A DNA stretch of 64,000 bases, from assembly GCA_031285625.1 (NCBI GenBank), contig JAITVV010000070.1, forward strand, positions 32,001 through 96,000, read 5' to 3'. The DNA comes from Prevotella sp. Lineage in GTDB: Bacteria; Bacteroidota; Bacteroidia; Bacteroidales; Dysgonomonadaceae. The notes beneath the pieces are model-generated. The model worked only from the letters and a program-made list of their open reading frames with translations, was not told the DNA's origin and made no database searches. The translations under genes were made by a program, and so were the position numbers. Shown here one piece after another: positions 49,498-60,062 of the stretch (its first letter is position 1; the number at the start of each line of letters is the position of its first letter).

Positions 49498-50496
49498 TTA
49501 TTTAAGTATTTGTTCTCTTAATATCTTTATTTCTTCACGTGCAGGAGAATTTTCATACAGAACGCGATAAACCATATCGGCAATAGGGATATTGATGTTA
49601 TACTTTTCATTAATTTCCATAATGCATTTGATACCGAAATAGCCTTCTGCTATCATTTGCATTTCAATCTGCGCTGCCTTTACTGAATATCCTTTTCCGA
49701 TCATGGATCCGAATGTACGGTTACGGCTGAAGCTTGAATAGCTTGTTACAAGGAGGTCCCCAAGATAGGCAGAATCCTGTATACGCCTTTCTATCGGAGA
49801 AACAATATCCACGAAACGCTCCATTTCTGATATTGCATTACAAACCAAAACAGCCTGAAAGTTATCGCCATACTTTAATCCATGACAAATACCGGAAGCT
49901 ATGGCATATACATTTTTCAATACTGCTGCGAGCTCTATACCTGCAACATCTTCGGATACCGATGCACGTACAAACCTGTTGTTGAAAACCTGTGCAATTG
50001 CCTGTGCTTTTTCAATATCTGTGCATGCAATAGTGGGGTATGTCAGTCGTTCCAAAGCTATTTCTTCTGCGTGGCAAGGGCCACCTACAATAGCCATATT
50101 CTCAGCCGGAACATTATAATATTGACTTAAATAATCGGTAACTAATAAATTTTCAGGAGGGATAATTCCTTTTATTGCAGAAATTATAAATTTATCACTG
50201 ATTCCTGTTTTGAGTTTTTCGAGATGTCCTTTGAGGAAAGGGGAAGGAACTGCCAGAACCAATGTATCGGATTCTTCTACGACCTGAGTAATATCTGAGT
50301 AAAATGTAATTCTGTCCAAATTAAATTCGACATTTGATAAATAAGACGGATTATGTCCCGTTTTCTTAAAATCAACTATCTGTTCGGGGCGACGTATGTA
50401 CCAGTTGATATGCTTTTCGTGATTAAGCATAATTTTGGCTAGCGCAGTAGCCCATGTACCACCTCCTAAAATTGCAATTTTCCCTGGAAAACTCAT
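49498..50496 (-). CDS. gpsA: NAD(P)H-dependent glycerol-3-phosphate dehydrogenase
   Basis: GGGTWAT, AIKG, GPCHAEE, LKNVYAI, GDLLVT, SRNR, AEG. Confidence 0.95.
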   Translation of the reverse strand: MSFPGKIAILGGGTWATALAKIMLNHEKHINWYIRRPEQIVDFKKTGHNPSYLSNVEFNLDRITFYSDITQVVEESDTLVLAVPSPFLKGHLEKLKTGISDKFIISAIKGIIPPENLLVTDYLSQYYNVPAENMAIVGGPCHAEEIALERLTYPTIACTDIEKAQAIAQVFNNRFVRASVSEDVAGIELAAVLKNVYAIASGICHGLKYGDNFQAVLVCNAISEMERFVDIVSPIERRIQDSAYLGDLLVTSYSSFSRNRTFGSMIGKGYSVKAAQIEMQMIAEGYFGIKCIMEINEKYNINIPIADMVYRVLYENSPAREEIKILREQILK

Positions 50497-50529
50497 GTAT
50501 TTACAATTTAGTGAAACAATTCCGGGTGA

Positions 50530-52257
50530 TTAATTAATCTTTTTCACCCAGCCTTCAACAACATCTACTGATGGTAAAGCCAAATCCAATTTGAATTTTT
50601 TATTAACATCCCCGATATCCTGCCTTACTTTCTGAGGATTTACATCCTTCATACTTTCAACAGTGAAATAACCTGCTTTCTGGATAACAGGAACTAATTC
50701 TTCAGGGATTCCTAACTCTATATATTTAGATGGAACATCTTTTTTAGGTGCTTTTTCAGGACGCATCTGAGGGAAGAACATTACCTCCTGTATACTTTCC
50801 TGCCCTGTCATAAACATTACCAGACGATCCATACCGATACCGATACCGCTTGTAGGAGGCATACCATATTCCAAAGCGCGCAGGAAGTCCTGATCGATAA
50901 ACATGGCTTCGTCATCTCCCTTTTCAGACAATTTCAGCTGATCTTCAAACCGTGCACGTTGGTCGATAGGGTCATTCAGCTCCGAATAAGCATTTGCAAG
51001 CTCTTTACCATTCACCATCAATTCGAAGCGCTCTGTCAGGTCCGGATTGTTGCGGTGTTTTTTGGTAAGAGGAGACATTTCTACCGGATAATCTATGATA
51101 AAGGTTGGCTGAATATAATTGCCTTCGCATTTTTCGCCGAAAATGGCATCTATCAGTTTCCCCTTACCCATAGTTTCATCCTGCTCTATATCTAGCTGCT
51201 TACAAACATCACGCAGCTGGTCTTCATTCATAGCGCTTATATCGATGCCTGTAAAATGTTTGATAGAATCAATCATTGTCACACGTGGATAAGGCGCTTT
51301 GTAATCAATTTCATTATTGCCCATTTTCACTTTAGTAGTGCCATGGACATCTACACAGATTTTCTCCAACATGCGCTCGGTAAAATCCATCATCCAGTTG
51401 TAGTCTTTATATGCAGCATAAAATTCCATAACGGTAAATTCAGGATTATGAGTCCTGTCCATACCTTCGTTACGGAAGTTACGTGAAAATTCATATACGC
51501 CATCGAATCCACCAACAATAAGACGTTTCAGATAAAGTTCGTTTGCAATACGCAGATACAAAGGAATATCCAAAGCATTATGGTGTGTGATAAACGGACG
51601 CGCTGTAGCACCGCCGGGGATACTTTGCAGTACCGGAGTATCAACTTCTATGTATCCGTGCCCGTTAAGGAACTCACGCATAGAGTTAAATACCTTTGTT
51701 CTTTTAATGAATACATCTTTTACATCATCGTTGACGATAAGATCGACATAGCGTTGACGGTAGCGTTGCTCCGGATCGGAGAATCCATCATAAGTAACAC
51801 CATCTTTTACTTTAACAACAGGAAGCGGACGAAGCGATTTACCCAGTACAGTCATTTCTTCTGCATGTACAGATATTTCTCCCATCTGTGTACGGAAAAC
51901 AAAACCTTTGATTCCCACAAAATCGCCTATATCAAGTAGTTTCTTAAAGACAGTATTGTAAAGATCCTTGTTCTCAGTCGGACAAAGGTCGTCACGGGAA
52001 ATATATACTTGTATACGTCCTTCTGAATCTTGTAATTCCATAAAAGACGCCTTACCCATGATGCGGCGACTCATAATTCTACCGGCTATTGATACATAAC
52101 GTTTTTCCGCTTCATCCTTAAAACTATTCAGAATTTCAGTAGAATATGCGTTGACTTCATACAATGCTGCCGGATATGGTTCAATACCTAATGCCCTTAA
52201 TTCATCTAAACTTTGTCTGCGAATAATTTCCTGTTCGCTTAATTCTAATATATTCAT
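50530..52257 (-). CDS. lysS: Lysine--tRNA ligase (class II) with Bacteroidales C-terminal extension
   Basis: [39 protein letters not shown]. Confidence 0.97.
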   Translation of the reverse strand: MNILELSEQEIIRRQSLDELRALGIEPYPAALYEVNAYSTEILNSFKDEAEKRYVSIAGRIMSRRIMGKASFMELQDSEGRIQVYISRDDLCPTENKDLYNTVFKKLLDIGDFVGIKGFVFRTQMGEISVHAEEMTVLGKSLRPLPVVKVKDGVTYDGFSDPEQRYRQRYVDLIVNDDVKDVFIKRTKVFNSMREFLNGHGYIEVDTPVLQSIPGGATARPFITHHNALDIPLYLRIANELYLKRLIVGGFDGVYEFSRNFRNEGMDRTHNPEFTVMEFYAAYKDYNWMMDFTERMLEKICVDVHGTTKVKMGNNEIDYKAPYPRVTMIDSIKHFTGIDISAMNEDQLRDVCKQLDIEQDETMGKGKLIDAIFGEKCEGNYIQPTFIIDYPVEMSPLTKKHRNNPDLTERFELMVNGKELANAYSELNDPIDQRARFEDQLKLSEKGDDEAMFIDQDFLRALEYGMPPTSGIGIGMDRLVMFMTGQESIQEVMFFPQMRPEKAPKKDVPSKYIELGIPEELVPVIQKAGYFTVESMKDVNPQKVRQDIGDVNKKFKLDLALPSVDVVEGWVKKIN

Positions 52258-52321
52258 TATTAATCTATCTTCAGATTTTGTATTTCGATATAAAAACTCT
52301 TTACGTATGAGAATAACCCCG

Positions 52322-52329
52322 CAAAGTTA
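52322..52329 (-). promoter_or_regulatory. -7 element of lysS promoter
   Basis: TAACTTTG on minus strand. Confidence 0.6.
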
Positions 52330-52520
52330 AAAAATTTAATTACAAATCATCATTTTATATTTTACTTAAATTGATGATACTGTATTATAATTTATTTTTA
52401 ACAAGAAATAAGAGAAAGAATATATTAGAAAGAATTTATCCTTTAAGAACTCTTCAGCCGTAAATCTATATTAAGATATTCCGGAAATTCATGATCCATC
52501 CTGAAATATGAAGATAAAAA

Positions 52521-53789
52521 CTAGTTGCGTGCCTTAACACACCTTACGGTTTGCAATTGCCATATTGCTTGCGCTCCTCTGGCTATCTTATTTCCATTGG
52601 GCGTATCAGCCGAAGAGAATCCGCGTCCCCAAACAGATCTATCACTTACCGTCCCCCTCAACTTCACGTTTGAGCTAGTCCAAAAAGACGCAAATGATCC
52701 GTAATAAGACTGGGGTTGGGGTATGGTTCCGGTAGGAGATCCCATATAACCGACTTCAAGGACATTAAACCCTGTAAACTTTGAGAATCCTTTGTAAGTT
52801 GTTCCCGATGGCAATGTATAACCCACCGGTGTGCATTGTGACTCAAACAAGTGTCCGGCAGTTCCTCTGAAATAATCATCCAGTTCTCCAGAATTTGTTT
52901 CATAACTATTATCCCACACACCAGGTGTTGTCTGTGTAGTATATAATTCAGGATGTTCCAGTATTTGCTTTTCCAGATCAAGCCAGTCGCGATCGCTTGG
53001 CAAACGCCAGCCATTGGGACAAATCCCCTGAACTGTACTATATTGATCAGGGCCTGGAGCCACGCCTGACTCCACTATATCAGAGTATACCCCGGCACTT
53101 GCTGCTGCCCATGAATAATAGAGACCTATGCCATAATCTTTGTATTTATCGTAAAATATCCGGTCGTGAGCAATAACTCCTGTATGTGCTCCATAATCTA
53201 CAGGGTTTGTTGGGAAATAATATACTTTTTCCAAAGTAATGGTAGTGCTAGTGATATTTGAGGCGCCAACTCTTCCTGTCGGTATTGTCCCCTGAACTTC
53301 AGCCTGGGTATCATATGTCGTTTCTTCCAGATTCTCTATCATCCATTCTCCGGCAGTGCCAAAAGTAGCTGTTTTATACACTCTGCCACTTATCCCTTTT
53401 ACAGTACTCCCTGTCCATTTATTTAGTTTAATCCATTTATTTCCATTCCATGTATGCACACCTTTACTATCTCCTGTATACCCCAGACATTGATTCATAT
53501 TATACACAACCAATCCAGTATGCAAAGCATCCTGCTCACTCTTTTTTTCGGGAGTATCATATTTGTTATCTGGATCCGGAGAGAACATTGGATACAGATT
53601 ATTAATATCAGTTAGCTGTACCCGGGGCAAAACGAGCCCTTTAGCTGAATTTTCTCCACTTAAATTCTCCTCTTTCAATTGCAAAAGAGCACCTGTTTCC
53701 GGGGCCTCTTCCAAACCAATAGTAACTTGTGAATAAAGTATAGCTGTATTTAAAAATATAAGTAACGATAATATGAATAATGATTTCAT
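52521..53789 (-). CDS. FISUMP (Fibrobacter succinogenes major paralogous) domain secreted protein
   Basis: Signal peptide; QVTIG...GALLQLKE...KGLVLPRV N-module; WMIENL, GLYYSW, QGICPNGWRLPS..DW..L, FWTSS, VRCVK. Confidence 0.85.
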   Translation of the reverse strand: MKSLFILSLLIFLNTAILYSQVTIGLEEAPETGALLQLKEENLSGENSAKGLVLPRVQLTDINNLYPMFSPDPDNKYDTPEKKSEQDALHTGLVVYNMNQCLGYTGDSKGVHTWNGNKWIKLNKWTGSTVKGISGRVYKTATFGTAGEWMIENLEETTYDTQAEVQGTIPTGRVGASNITSTTITLEKVYYFPTNPVDYGAHTGVIAHDRIFYDKYKDYGIGLYYSWAAASAGVYSDIVESGVAPGPDQYSTVQGICPNGWRLPSDRDWLDLEKQILEHPELYTTQTTPGVWDNSYETNSGELDDYFRGTAGHLFESQCTPVGYTLPSGTTYKGFSKFTGFNVLEVGYMGSPTGTIPQPQSYYGSFASFWTSSNVKLRGTVSDRSVWGRGFSSADTPNGNKIARGAQAIWQLQTVRCVKARN

Positions 53790-53897
53790 TCCTGTAGTTT
53801 GTTGATATTATTTTTCAAACAATCGACTCAGGTTAATGTTCACTAAAAATGATAATTTATTTTATAGAAAAAGATTTAATAGCAGCGGGTGTTTTTG

Positions 53898-53905
53898 TAC
53901 CTTTG
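53898..53905 (+). promoter_or_regulatory. -7 element for MATE-tldD operon
   Basis: TACCTTTG 49 bp upstream of ATG. Confidence 0.6.
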
Positions 53906-53953
53906 CACCCTCAAAGATGGGAGTGCGCTCCTTAATTTAAAAGTATTTTTTAG

Positions 53954-55324
53954 ATGTTGAAAACAGCAAATATTGAGGAACTACAGAATAAAAAAATAAG
54001 CAAACTACTTTGGCAATATGCTTTGCCCGCTATCGTGGGAACGATGGTAAATGCATTGTACAATATTATCGACCGTATCTATATCGGGCATGGCCCTAAC
54101 CTGGGAGACCATGCAATCGGTGGTTTGGGGATCGTTTTGCCAATAATGAATCTGACTGCTGCAGTAGGTATGCTGGTCGGTGCAGGTTCAGCCAGCCGTA
54201 TATCCATTTGTCTGGGGCGTGGTGATAAAGAAACGGCAGAAAAGATTATCGGAAACTCATTTCTACTGACTATATTATTAACAGGAACATTAGTAACCGG
54301 GCTTTTTATGTTTCTTGACCCCATACTGATGCGGATCGGAGCTACAGAAGAGACATTTCCTTATGCAAAGGAATTTTTGCTTTATTATCTGCCTGGTAAC
54401 ATCTTTTTAACGATGTGCTTTAACTTTAATAGTATGATGCGTGCATCGGGCTATCCTACCAAAGCTATGTATACAATGCTGATTGGGGTGATCGCTAATA
54501 TTATTATAGCTCCAATTTTTATTTTCTGGCTCGAGTGGGGTATAAAGGGCGCTGCCATAGCTACTATTATTTCCATGTTTATAGGGTTGTGCTTTGTGAT
54601 GTACCACTTTATGAACAAAAACAGCATGTTGCGACTACGGAAAAAGAATATAGGACTGAATCCAAAGATTGTATGGGCTATTGCCAGTATAGGTATGTCT
54701 CCTTTTTTTATACAGATTGCTGCGTCTATTGTGGTATTCTTCATCAATCACAATCTGAAAACTTATGGCGGAAATATAGCTATAGAAGCTTATGCCATCG
54801 CTAATACCCTGGTGATGATAATCATAATGATTATGGTAGGACTTACTCAGGGAATGCAGCCTATTGTCGGTTACAATTATGGTGCTAAGCGAATCGAAAG
54901 GGTAAAAGAAACATTATTTTATACCATCAAGGTGGGTGTTGTAGTCGGATGTGTAGGACTGGTAATAGGCATGTTATTGCCCGATCTGGTAGTTAAACCA
55001 TTTAATCCGTCTGCACCTCTGGCTGCAGAGACAGCAAAGGCTTTACGCATTGTGACTATTATGTTACCTTTAGTCGGATACCAGATAGTGGTTACAAATT
55101 TTTTCCAGTGTATCGGTATGGCCGGGAAATCTATATTCCTAAGTCTTACCCGTCAATTCCTGTTGCTACTACCGGCATTATTTATTTTACCCAAAATTTT
55201 TGGAATAGATGGAGTATGGTATTCTCTACCCACAGCGGATTTTCTCGCAACCGTACTGACTGCAATATTGTTTATATGGCAGGTAAAATCATTTAAGAAG
55301 ATGGAAGCATCCGATAGATTATAA
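53954..55324 (+). CDS. MATE family efflux transporter (MepA-like)
   Basis: LYNIIDRIYIG, GIKGAAIAT, QGMQPIVGYNYGA, GVWYSLP. Confidence 0.93.
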   Translation: MLKTANIEELQNKKISKLLWQYALPAIVGTMVNALYNIIDRIYIGHGPNLGDHAIGGLGIVLPIMNLTAAVGMLVGAGSASRISICLGRGDKETAEKIIGNSFLLTILLTGTLVTGLFMFLDPILMRIGATEETFPYAKEFLLYYLPGNIFLTMCFNFNSMMRASGYPTKAMYTMLIGVIANIIIAPIFIFWLEWGIKGAAIATIISMFIGLCFVMYHFMNKNSMLRLRKKNIGLNPKIVWAIASIGMSPFFIQIAASIVVFFINHNLKTYGGNIAIEAYAIANTLVMIIIMIMVGLTQGMQPIVGYNYGAKRIERVKETLFYTIKVGVVVGCVGLVIGMLLPDLVVKPFNPSAPLAAETAKALRIVTIMLPLVGYQIVVTNFFQCIGMAGKSIFLSLTRQFLLLLPALFILPKIFGIDGVWYSLPTADFLATVLTAILFIWQVKSFKKMEASDRL

Positions 55325-55325
55325 T

Positions 55326-56750
55326 ATGATAGATCTAAATAGACAAAATATACTTCAACATTTTTCAGTAAATGAAAATGATTTGATAAGAGTGATAAAT
55401 GAAGCCCTTGATAAGGGAGGTGATTATGCCGATTTGTTTTTTGAGCATACATTCAGCAACAACATTTCATTACGCGACGGTGAGGTTAACAGAGCCTCTT
55501 CCAATATCGACTTTGGAGTGGGAGTAAGGGTCATATCAGGTGATCAGACCGGATATGCCTATGTAGAAAATACTGAAATTAAAGATTTGCTTAAAGCGGC
55601 ACAAACAGCAGCCAGCATAGCTTCTGCACCACTTAAGGTTAATCCGATAGAAATAAAAGAAACTCATTTCAAGAATTATTATAAAATCCAGCGTTCATGG
55701 CTCGATGTATCCGTTGCTGATAAAAAATCTTTTGTGCAAAAGCTGAATGACCGCATATTTGAATTGGACGCACGGGTGATTAAAGCATCGGTAAGCCTGA
55801 ATGATTCTACATCATATATTCTTTTCTTTAATTCCGAAGGTATCCTCACATGGGATTACCGCCCGATGAGTATTATGTACGGATCGTGTACTATGGATCA
55901 AGAGGGAAGAATAGAGAATGGCTATGCATCCCGGGCGTATCGTAAAGGATTTGAATTTCTGAATAATGATCTGATCGAAACACTGGCAAAAGAGGCAGTA
56001 GAGCAAACATCTCTTATGTTTGAAGCAATAAAGCCCAAAGGCGGTGAAATGCCGGTAGTTATGGGTGCGGGTAGTTCAGGTATTCTCTTGCATGAGGCTA
56101 TCGGGCATACTTTTGAGGCTGATTTTAACCGGAAAAATGTTTCTATTTTTTCAGACCAATTGGGAAAACAGATATGTTCAGCTAATATCAATGTCGTTGA
56201 TGACGGCACAATAGATAATACACGTGGTGCTATCAACTTTGACGACGAGGGAGTTGAAAGCCAGAAAACGTACATAGTAAAGAATGGTATTCTGGAAAGC
56301 TATCTGCATGACAGGATCAGCGCCAAACACTATAATGTATCACCTACAGGAAACGGACGTCGTCAGTCATTCCGTTATGCTCCGTTACCACGTATGAGGG
56401 TAACATATATGGAAGAGGGAAATACTTCCGAGGCAGATATTATTGCATCTGTAAAACAAGGCGTATATGTAGATAATTTTACTAACGGGCAGGTGCAGAT
56501 AGGAGCAGGTGATTTTACGTTCTTTGTAAAGACCGGCTACCTGATTGAAAACGGAAAACTTACACAACCAATAAAGGATATCAATATAATCGGCAATGGC
56601 CCCAAAGCCCTTGCGGATATTACAATGGTGGGCAATAACCTGAAGATAGATGAAGGTGCATGGACCTGCGGAAAAGATGGGCAGGGAGTTCCTGTAGGGC
56701 AGGGTTTGCCCTCGGTTTTAGTCAGTAGGTTAACAGTTGGGGGAGAATAA
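55326..56750 (+). CDS. tldD: TldD metalloprotease subunit
   Basis: LLHEAIGH (HExxxH), DDEG, TGNGRR, PRM, CGKDGQ. Confidence 0.93.
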   Translation: MIDLNRQNILQHFSVNENDLIRVINEALDKGGDYADLFFEHTFSNNISLRDGEVNRASSNIDFGVGVRVISGDQTGYAYVENTEIKDLLKAAQTAASIASAPLKVNPIEIKETHFKNYYKIQRSWLDVSVADKKSFVQKLNDRIFELDARVIKASVSLNDSTSYILFFNSEGILTWDYRPMSIMYGSCTMDQEGRIENGYASRAYRKGFEFLNNDLIETLAKEAVEQTSLMFEAIKPKGGEMPVVMGAGSSGILLHEAIGHTFEADFNRKNVSIFSDQLGKQICSANINVVDDGTIDNTRGAINFDDEGVESQKTYIVKNGILESYLHDRISAKHYNVSPTGNGRRQSFRYAPLPRMRVTYMEEGNTSEADIIASVKQGVYVDNFTNGQVQIGAGDFTFFVKTGYLIENGKLTQPIKDINIIGNGPKALADITMVGNNLKIDEGAWTCGKDGQGVPVGQGLPSVLVSRLTVGGE

Positions 56751-56769
56751 TCCTTAATACACTTCATTT

Positions 56770-57324
56770 ATGATCTATATTGAGACTTCTCATTTATTAT
56801 TACGGGATTGGAAAGAGGAAGATATAGAACCTTTTGCTAAAATGAATTGCGACCCGCATGTGATGAAATATTTCCTTAAACCACTGACAGAACGTGAATC
56901 TTTCGATTTTTATAAGAGGATACAGGACGAGTTCAATCAGTACAAATATGGGTTATATGCAATAGAAAAAAAGGAAAATGGTGCTTTTATAGGATATACC
57001 GGCTTTCATAGATTTGATTTTGATACAGATTTTGCACCGGGCGTTGAAATAGGCTGGCGTATAAGATATGAGGACTGGAATAAAGGTTATGCTACTGAAG
57101 CTGCAAAAGGCTGCCTGTCATACGCGAAAGATAATCTGCCGTTTGATACAATATATTCCTTCACCTCTCTTCATAACAAAAGTTCGGAAAAGGTGATGCA
57201 AAAAATCGGCATGGAGAAAATAAGAACATTCCTCCATCCGGCAGTACCGGATAATCATCCATTGAAAGAACATATTCTTTATAAAATAAAATTACCTCTC
57301 CGGATATCACATCCAAAGAGGTAA
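56770..57324 (+). CDS. GNAT (RimJ/RimL-like) acetyltransferase
   Basis: IET..LLLRDW, VEIGWR, WNKGYATEAA, S.KVMQKIGM; C-terminus runs into repeat A. Confidence 0.88.
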   Translation: MIYIETSHLLLRDWKEEDIEPFAKMNCDPHVMKYFLKPLTERESFDFYKRIQDEFNQYKYGLYAIEKKENGAFIGYTGFHRFDFDTDFAPGVEIGWRIRYEDWNKGYATEAAKGCLSYAKDNLPFDTIYSFTSLHNKSSEKVMQKIGMEKIRTFLHPAVPDNHPLKEHILYKIKLPLRISHPKR

Positions 57325-57349
57325 CAAATCTGTGAACACAATTACTAAG
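57292..57349. repeat. Repeat A, copy 1 (hairpin-forming)
   Basis: TTACCTCTCCGGATATCACATCCAAAGAGGTAACAA (36 bp) identical to 59842-59877, plus AACACAATTACTAAG. Confidence 0.9.
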
Positions 57350-57366
57350 TTTCTATAAGAAAAAAT

Positions 57367-59670
57367 CTATAGTATTCCTTTATCTGAATCAGCATTATCG
57401 AGGCTCTTCTTTCCAGCCTCATGTTTCCTCCCGAAAGACATATTCCAAGAAAAGCGAAGATAGAACATATGCCCGTTTTCTTTAATATAGCTCCATGACT
57501 TGGAAGGTTTTATGTCTGAGATATTTTTACTTCCTGCACTCCAGTAGTCACCGAATGGTAAACTCATCCCCAGCGAAAGCTTTGCTTCCTTATATTTATA
57601 TCCGGTTTCTATATAACTCCACTCTTCCCCATACCAAATAGTCTCGCCCCACAGCTCCTTATACCTGGTATTCATTCCTGCTACTAAGTGGTAGTTTTTA
57701 TATTGTAAGTTAGAACGTATACCGCCATATATCATATTGTAAGTATGAGCCTTACCTTTATAGGACTTAAAAATGGAACGTTGAGGTTGAACCCATCCAC
57801 TTAATGTCCATATGTCTTTTATCAGTCTTACTGTAAGATTTGTACTCCATGATAAATATTCCTGACTTTTTTGATTATCTGAAAATGAGATTATCTTGTC
57901 ATCTTCTATACTAAAGGTACTGATTATAGGTTTATGATATCTAATGTAATTCAGACTGGTATTCAAGTCAAAGATACCTTTACTGTAATTCAGGGTTAGC
58001 CTGTTCCGGTAGCTGTTGTAAGGCTTCAATCCAGGATTTCCTCTATTTATCTGATAAGTGTCTGTCTGTTGTTCTACATCACTTAATTGACCTAGTGACG
58101 GGGTACGGGTGTCTACAATAAATGAATATTTAAGAGATAAATTATCATTCATAGAATAGCTTAGTTGTACAGAAGGCCTGAACGTATGATAAGTAGCACT
58201 CTCGTCACCTTCTTTATACCAGATACGCGAACCTCCAATACCTAAAGTATATCCCAGTTTTTTGGCAATTTTCCCCTGTATTTGCGCAAATAGGTAAGAT
58301 TCCGCATTTTTCATTTTAGTTTGAGTATCCGTATCACCTTCATAGGTATTGTCTGCAACCCCTTGTGTATGTTTTACTCCTGAAACAAAAGACAGGTTTT
58401 CAAACTGTTTTTCATAAACGGCCTCACCTATAACCGAATACTTATTTCCATTTATTTTATTGAAAATATCAGATAGCGCTTCAGTTCCTTCAGTCTCTTT
58501 GTACTTACGCTCACTATCTGAATTGATATACGTCCCCACAAGATTCACGGCCAGTGATTGTTTGTTTTTCAATTCGTGACGGTAGTATATATCAAGAACA
58601 GGAGTATAGTCGTTCCCTTTATTCCTTCCCGTAGCAAATGTCTGACCTATATCATTCGAATACATTATATTATATGAATTGGCATTCTTATAATTATAAA
58701 ACTGATTCTTAAACAATACATTAAAGACATACTTATCCGGTTTGGTCAGATTATATGAAAAATTCAGATACTGATATTCATAGTTCATCGGCGCATATAC
58801 TCCCTTCTGATCCCTTATTATTTGGTTATCAGTAAAATTAAGAGTTTCAGTCTGGTCAGACCATCTCTTATCATACGACCTGTAACTAATGTAATAATTA
58901 AGACCAAACTCAGATGCTTTATAGTTTGTCTTAAATGCAAGATTATCATCTCCAAAACCTATATAAGGTGAGTTTCTTCCATCTACTGACACGTAGCCTC
59001 CATAGTTTTTTTGCCTGTCTACAATCAGATTCAAAACTGCACCTACGTTTTCATTCCCGAAACGGACTCCCGGTTCTTCAAAAAATTCGATACGCAAGAT
59101 ATCCTGTGGTCTCAGGGCAACTACCTCCTGTACTGAAGCCCTGACTCCATTGATACGCAATTGTACTTCTTCGTTTCCAATTTTTATTGTCCGGTTGACA
59201 GGATCGATATTTAGCCTGGGTATCGACATATTACTCATCAGATCAAATGCATTTACAGATGTTTTTATTTGCATCGAATCCGGCATAATAATCTGGCGGT
59301 CTACTCTATTTATAATACGGTTACCTGTAACTGTAACTTCTCCCAATGCCTTCGATTCTTCCTGTAGCTCTATATCTCCCAGATCAATATTTGAGATCAG
59401 ATTACTAATCTTTATGAAAGCAGTTTTATATCCTATAAATGAAGCTTTTATCATATAGTCTTGTTTGGGGAATTGTCCTGCAATGAGAAATACTCCAGTT
59501 GTATCTGTCTGGCAGCCACTTACATAAGAAGAATCTGCTTTGAGTAATACGGCTGTAACGAACTCTACAGGCTTTTTTGTGTTTATATCTATAATACGCC
59601 CTTTTATATCAATTGCCTGGGCAGATATGCAAATGATAGTAAATAAAAATAAGGATAACGTGACTTTCAT
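57367..59670 (-). CDS. Outer membrane beta-barrel / TonB-dependent receptor-like protein
   Basis: Signal peptide, carboxypeptidase-regulatory-like N-domain (SFIGYK...LGEVTV), plug (INGVR...DILRIE), GNPGLKP, Y/W-rich strands. Confidence 0.85.
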   Translation of the reverse strand: MKVTLSLFLFTIICISAQAIDIKGRIIDINTKKPVEFVTAVLLKADSSYVSGCQTDTTGVFLIAGQFPKQDYMIKASFIGYKTAFIKISNLISNIDLGDIELQEESKALGEVTVTGNRIINRVDRQIIMPDSMQIKTSVNAFDLMSNMSIPRLNIDPVNRTIKIGNEEVQLRINGVRASVQEVVALRPQDILRIEFFEEPGVRFGNENVGAVLNLIVDRQKNYGGYVSVDGRNSPYIGFGDDNLAFKTNYKASEFGLNYYISYRSYDKRWSDQTETLNFTDNQIIRDQKGVYAPMNYEYQYLNFSYNLTKPDKYVFNVLFKNQFYNYKNANSYNIMYSNDIGQTFATGRNKGNDYTPVLDIYYRHELKNKQSLAVNLVGTYINSDSERKYKETEGTEALSDIFNKINGNKYSVIGEAVYEKQFENLSFVSGVKHTQGVADNTYEGDTDTQTKMKNAESYLFAQIQGKIAKKLGYTLGIGGSRIWYKEGDESATYHTFRPSVQLSYSMNDNLSLKYSFIVDTRTPSLGQLSDVEQQTDTYQINRGNPGLKPYNSYRNRLTLNYSKGIFDLNTSLNYIRYHKPIISTFSIEDDKIISFSDNQKSQEYLSWSTNLTVRLIKDIWTLSGWVQPQRSIFKSYKGKAHTYNMIYGGIRSNLQYKNYHLVAGMNTRYKELWGETIWYGEEWSYIETGYKYKEAKLSLGMSLPFGDYWSAGSKNISDIKPSKSWSYIKENGHMFYLRFSWNMSFGRKHEAGKKSLDNADSDKGIL

Positions 59671-59700
59671 TTTTTTTAATTGATTGTATTTAACTATTAT

Positions 59701-59726
59701 AACGAAGAAGAAAATGAAGTGTTACA
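59701..59726 (-). promoter_or_regulatory. ECF sigma-type promoter of the OMP gene
   Basis: Minus strand TGTAAC-N16-CGTT, 31 bp upstream of the ATG; matches the AAC-N16/17-CGT ECF consensus. Confidence 0.6.
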
Positions 59727-59741
59727 ATGGATCTCTTTTCC

Positions 59742-59831
59742 GGTTAAAAATTGTCTAATAGAAAGATTATATAATGTTGGATGAGTTACATTTATAAGAG
59801 AGTAAAAAAGATGTCACTTTTGTCACTTTTT
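59742..59831. repeat. Repeat B, copy 1
   Basis: GGTTAAAAATTGTCTAATAGAAAGATTATA...AGTTACATT...TGTCACTTTTGTCACTTTTT, similar to 60063-60151. Confidence 0.8.
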
Positions 59832-59841
59832 ATAATTGAGG

Positions 59842-59895
59842 TTACCTCTCCGGATATCACATCCAAAGAGGTAACAAGTAAACACAATTACTAAG
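59842..59895. repeat. Repeat A, copy 2
   Basis: 36-bp identity to 57292-57327 plus AACACAATTACTAAG. Confidence 0.9.
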
Positions 59896-60062
59896 CTCTA
59901 CTAAACTTAGTATTACCATTTCTTTGACATAGATAAAATATCATGCCCTTACAAAGCTAAGGGATGTTTTTCCAGCCGGACAATAAGTTAAATCTTATGT
60001 CGTATATGTGTCATAGATAGGGATATATTTGTCATAATAAGATATTGGGTATATCAACAGAG

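Noticed and set aside
59841-59875. Repeat A as an integron attC site
   Set aside because: Order is GTT...AAC on both strands, opposite to the RYYYAAC...GTTRRRY arrangement; no integrase in the window
57292-59877. 35-36-bp GTT...AAC hairpin repeat resembling a Bacteroidota type II/VI CRISPR repeat
   Set aside because: Only two copies 2.55 kb apart, no spacer-sized intervals and no cas genes
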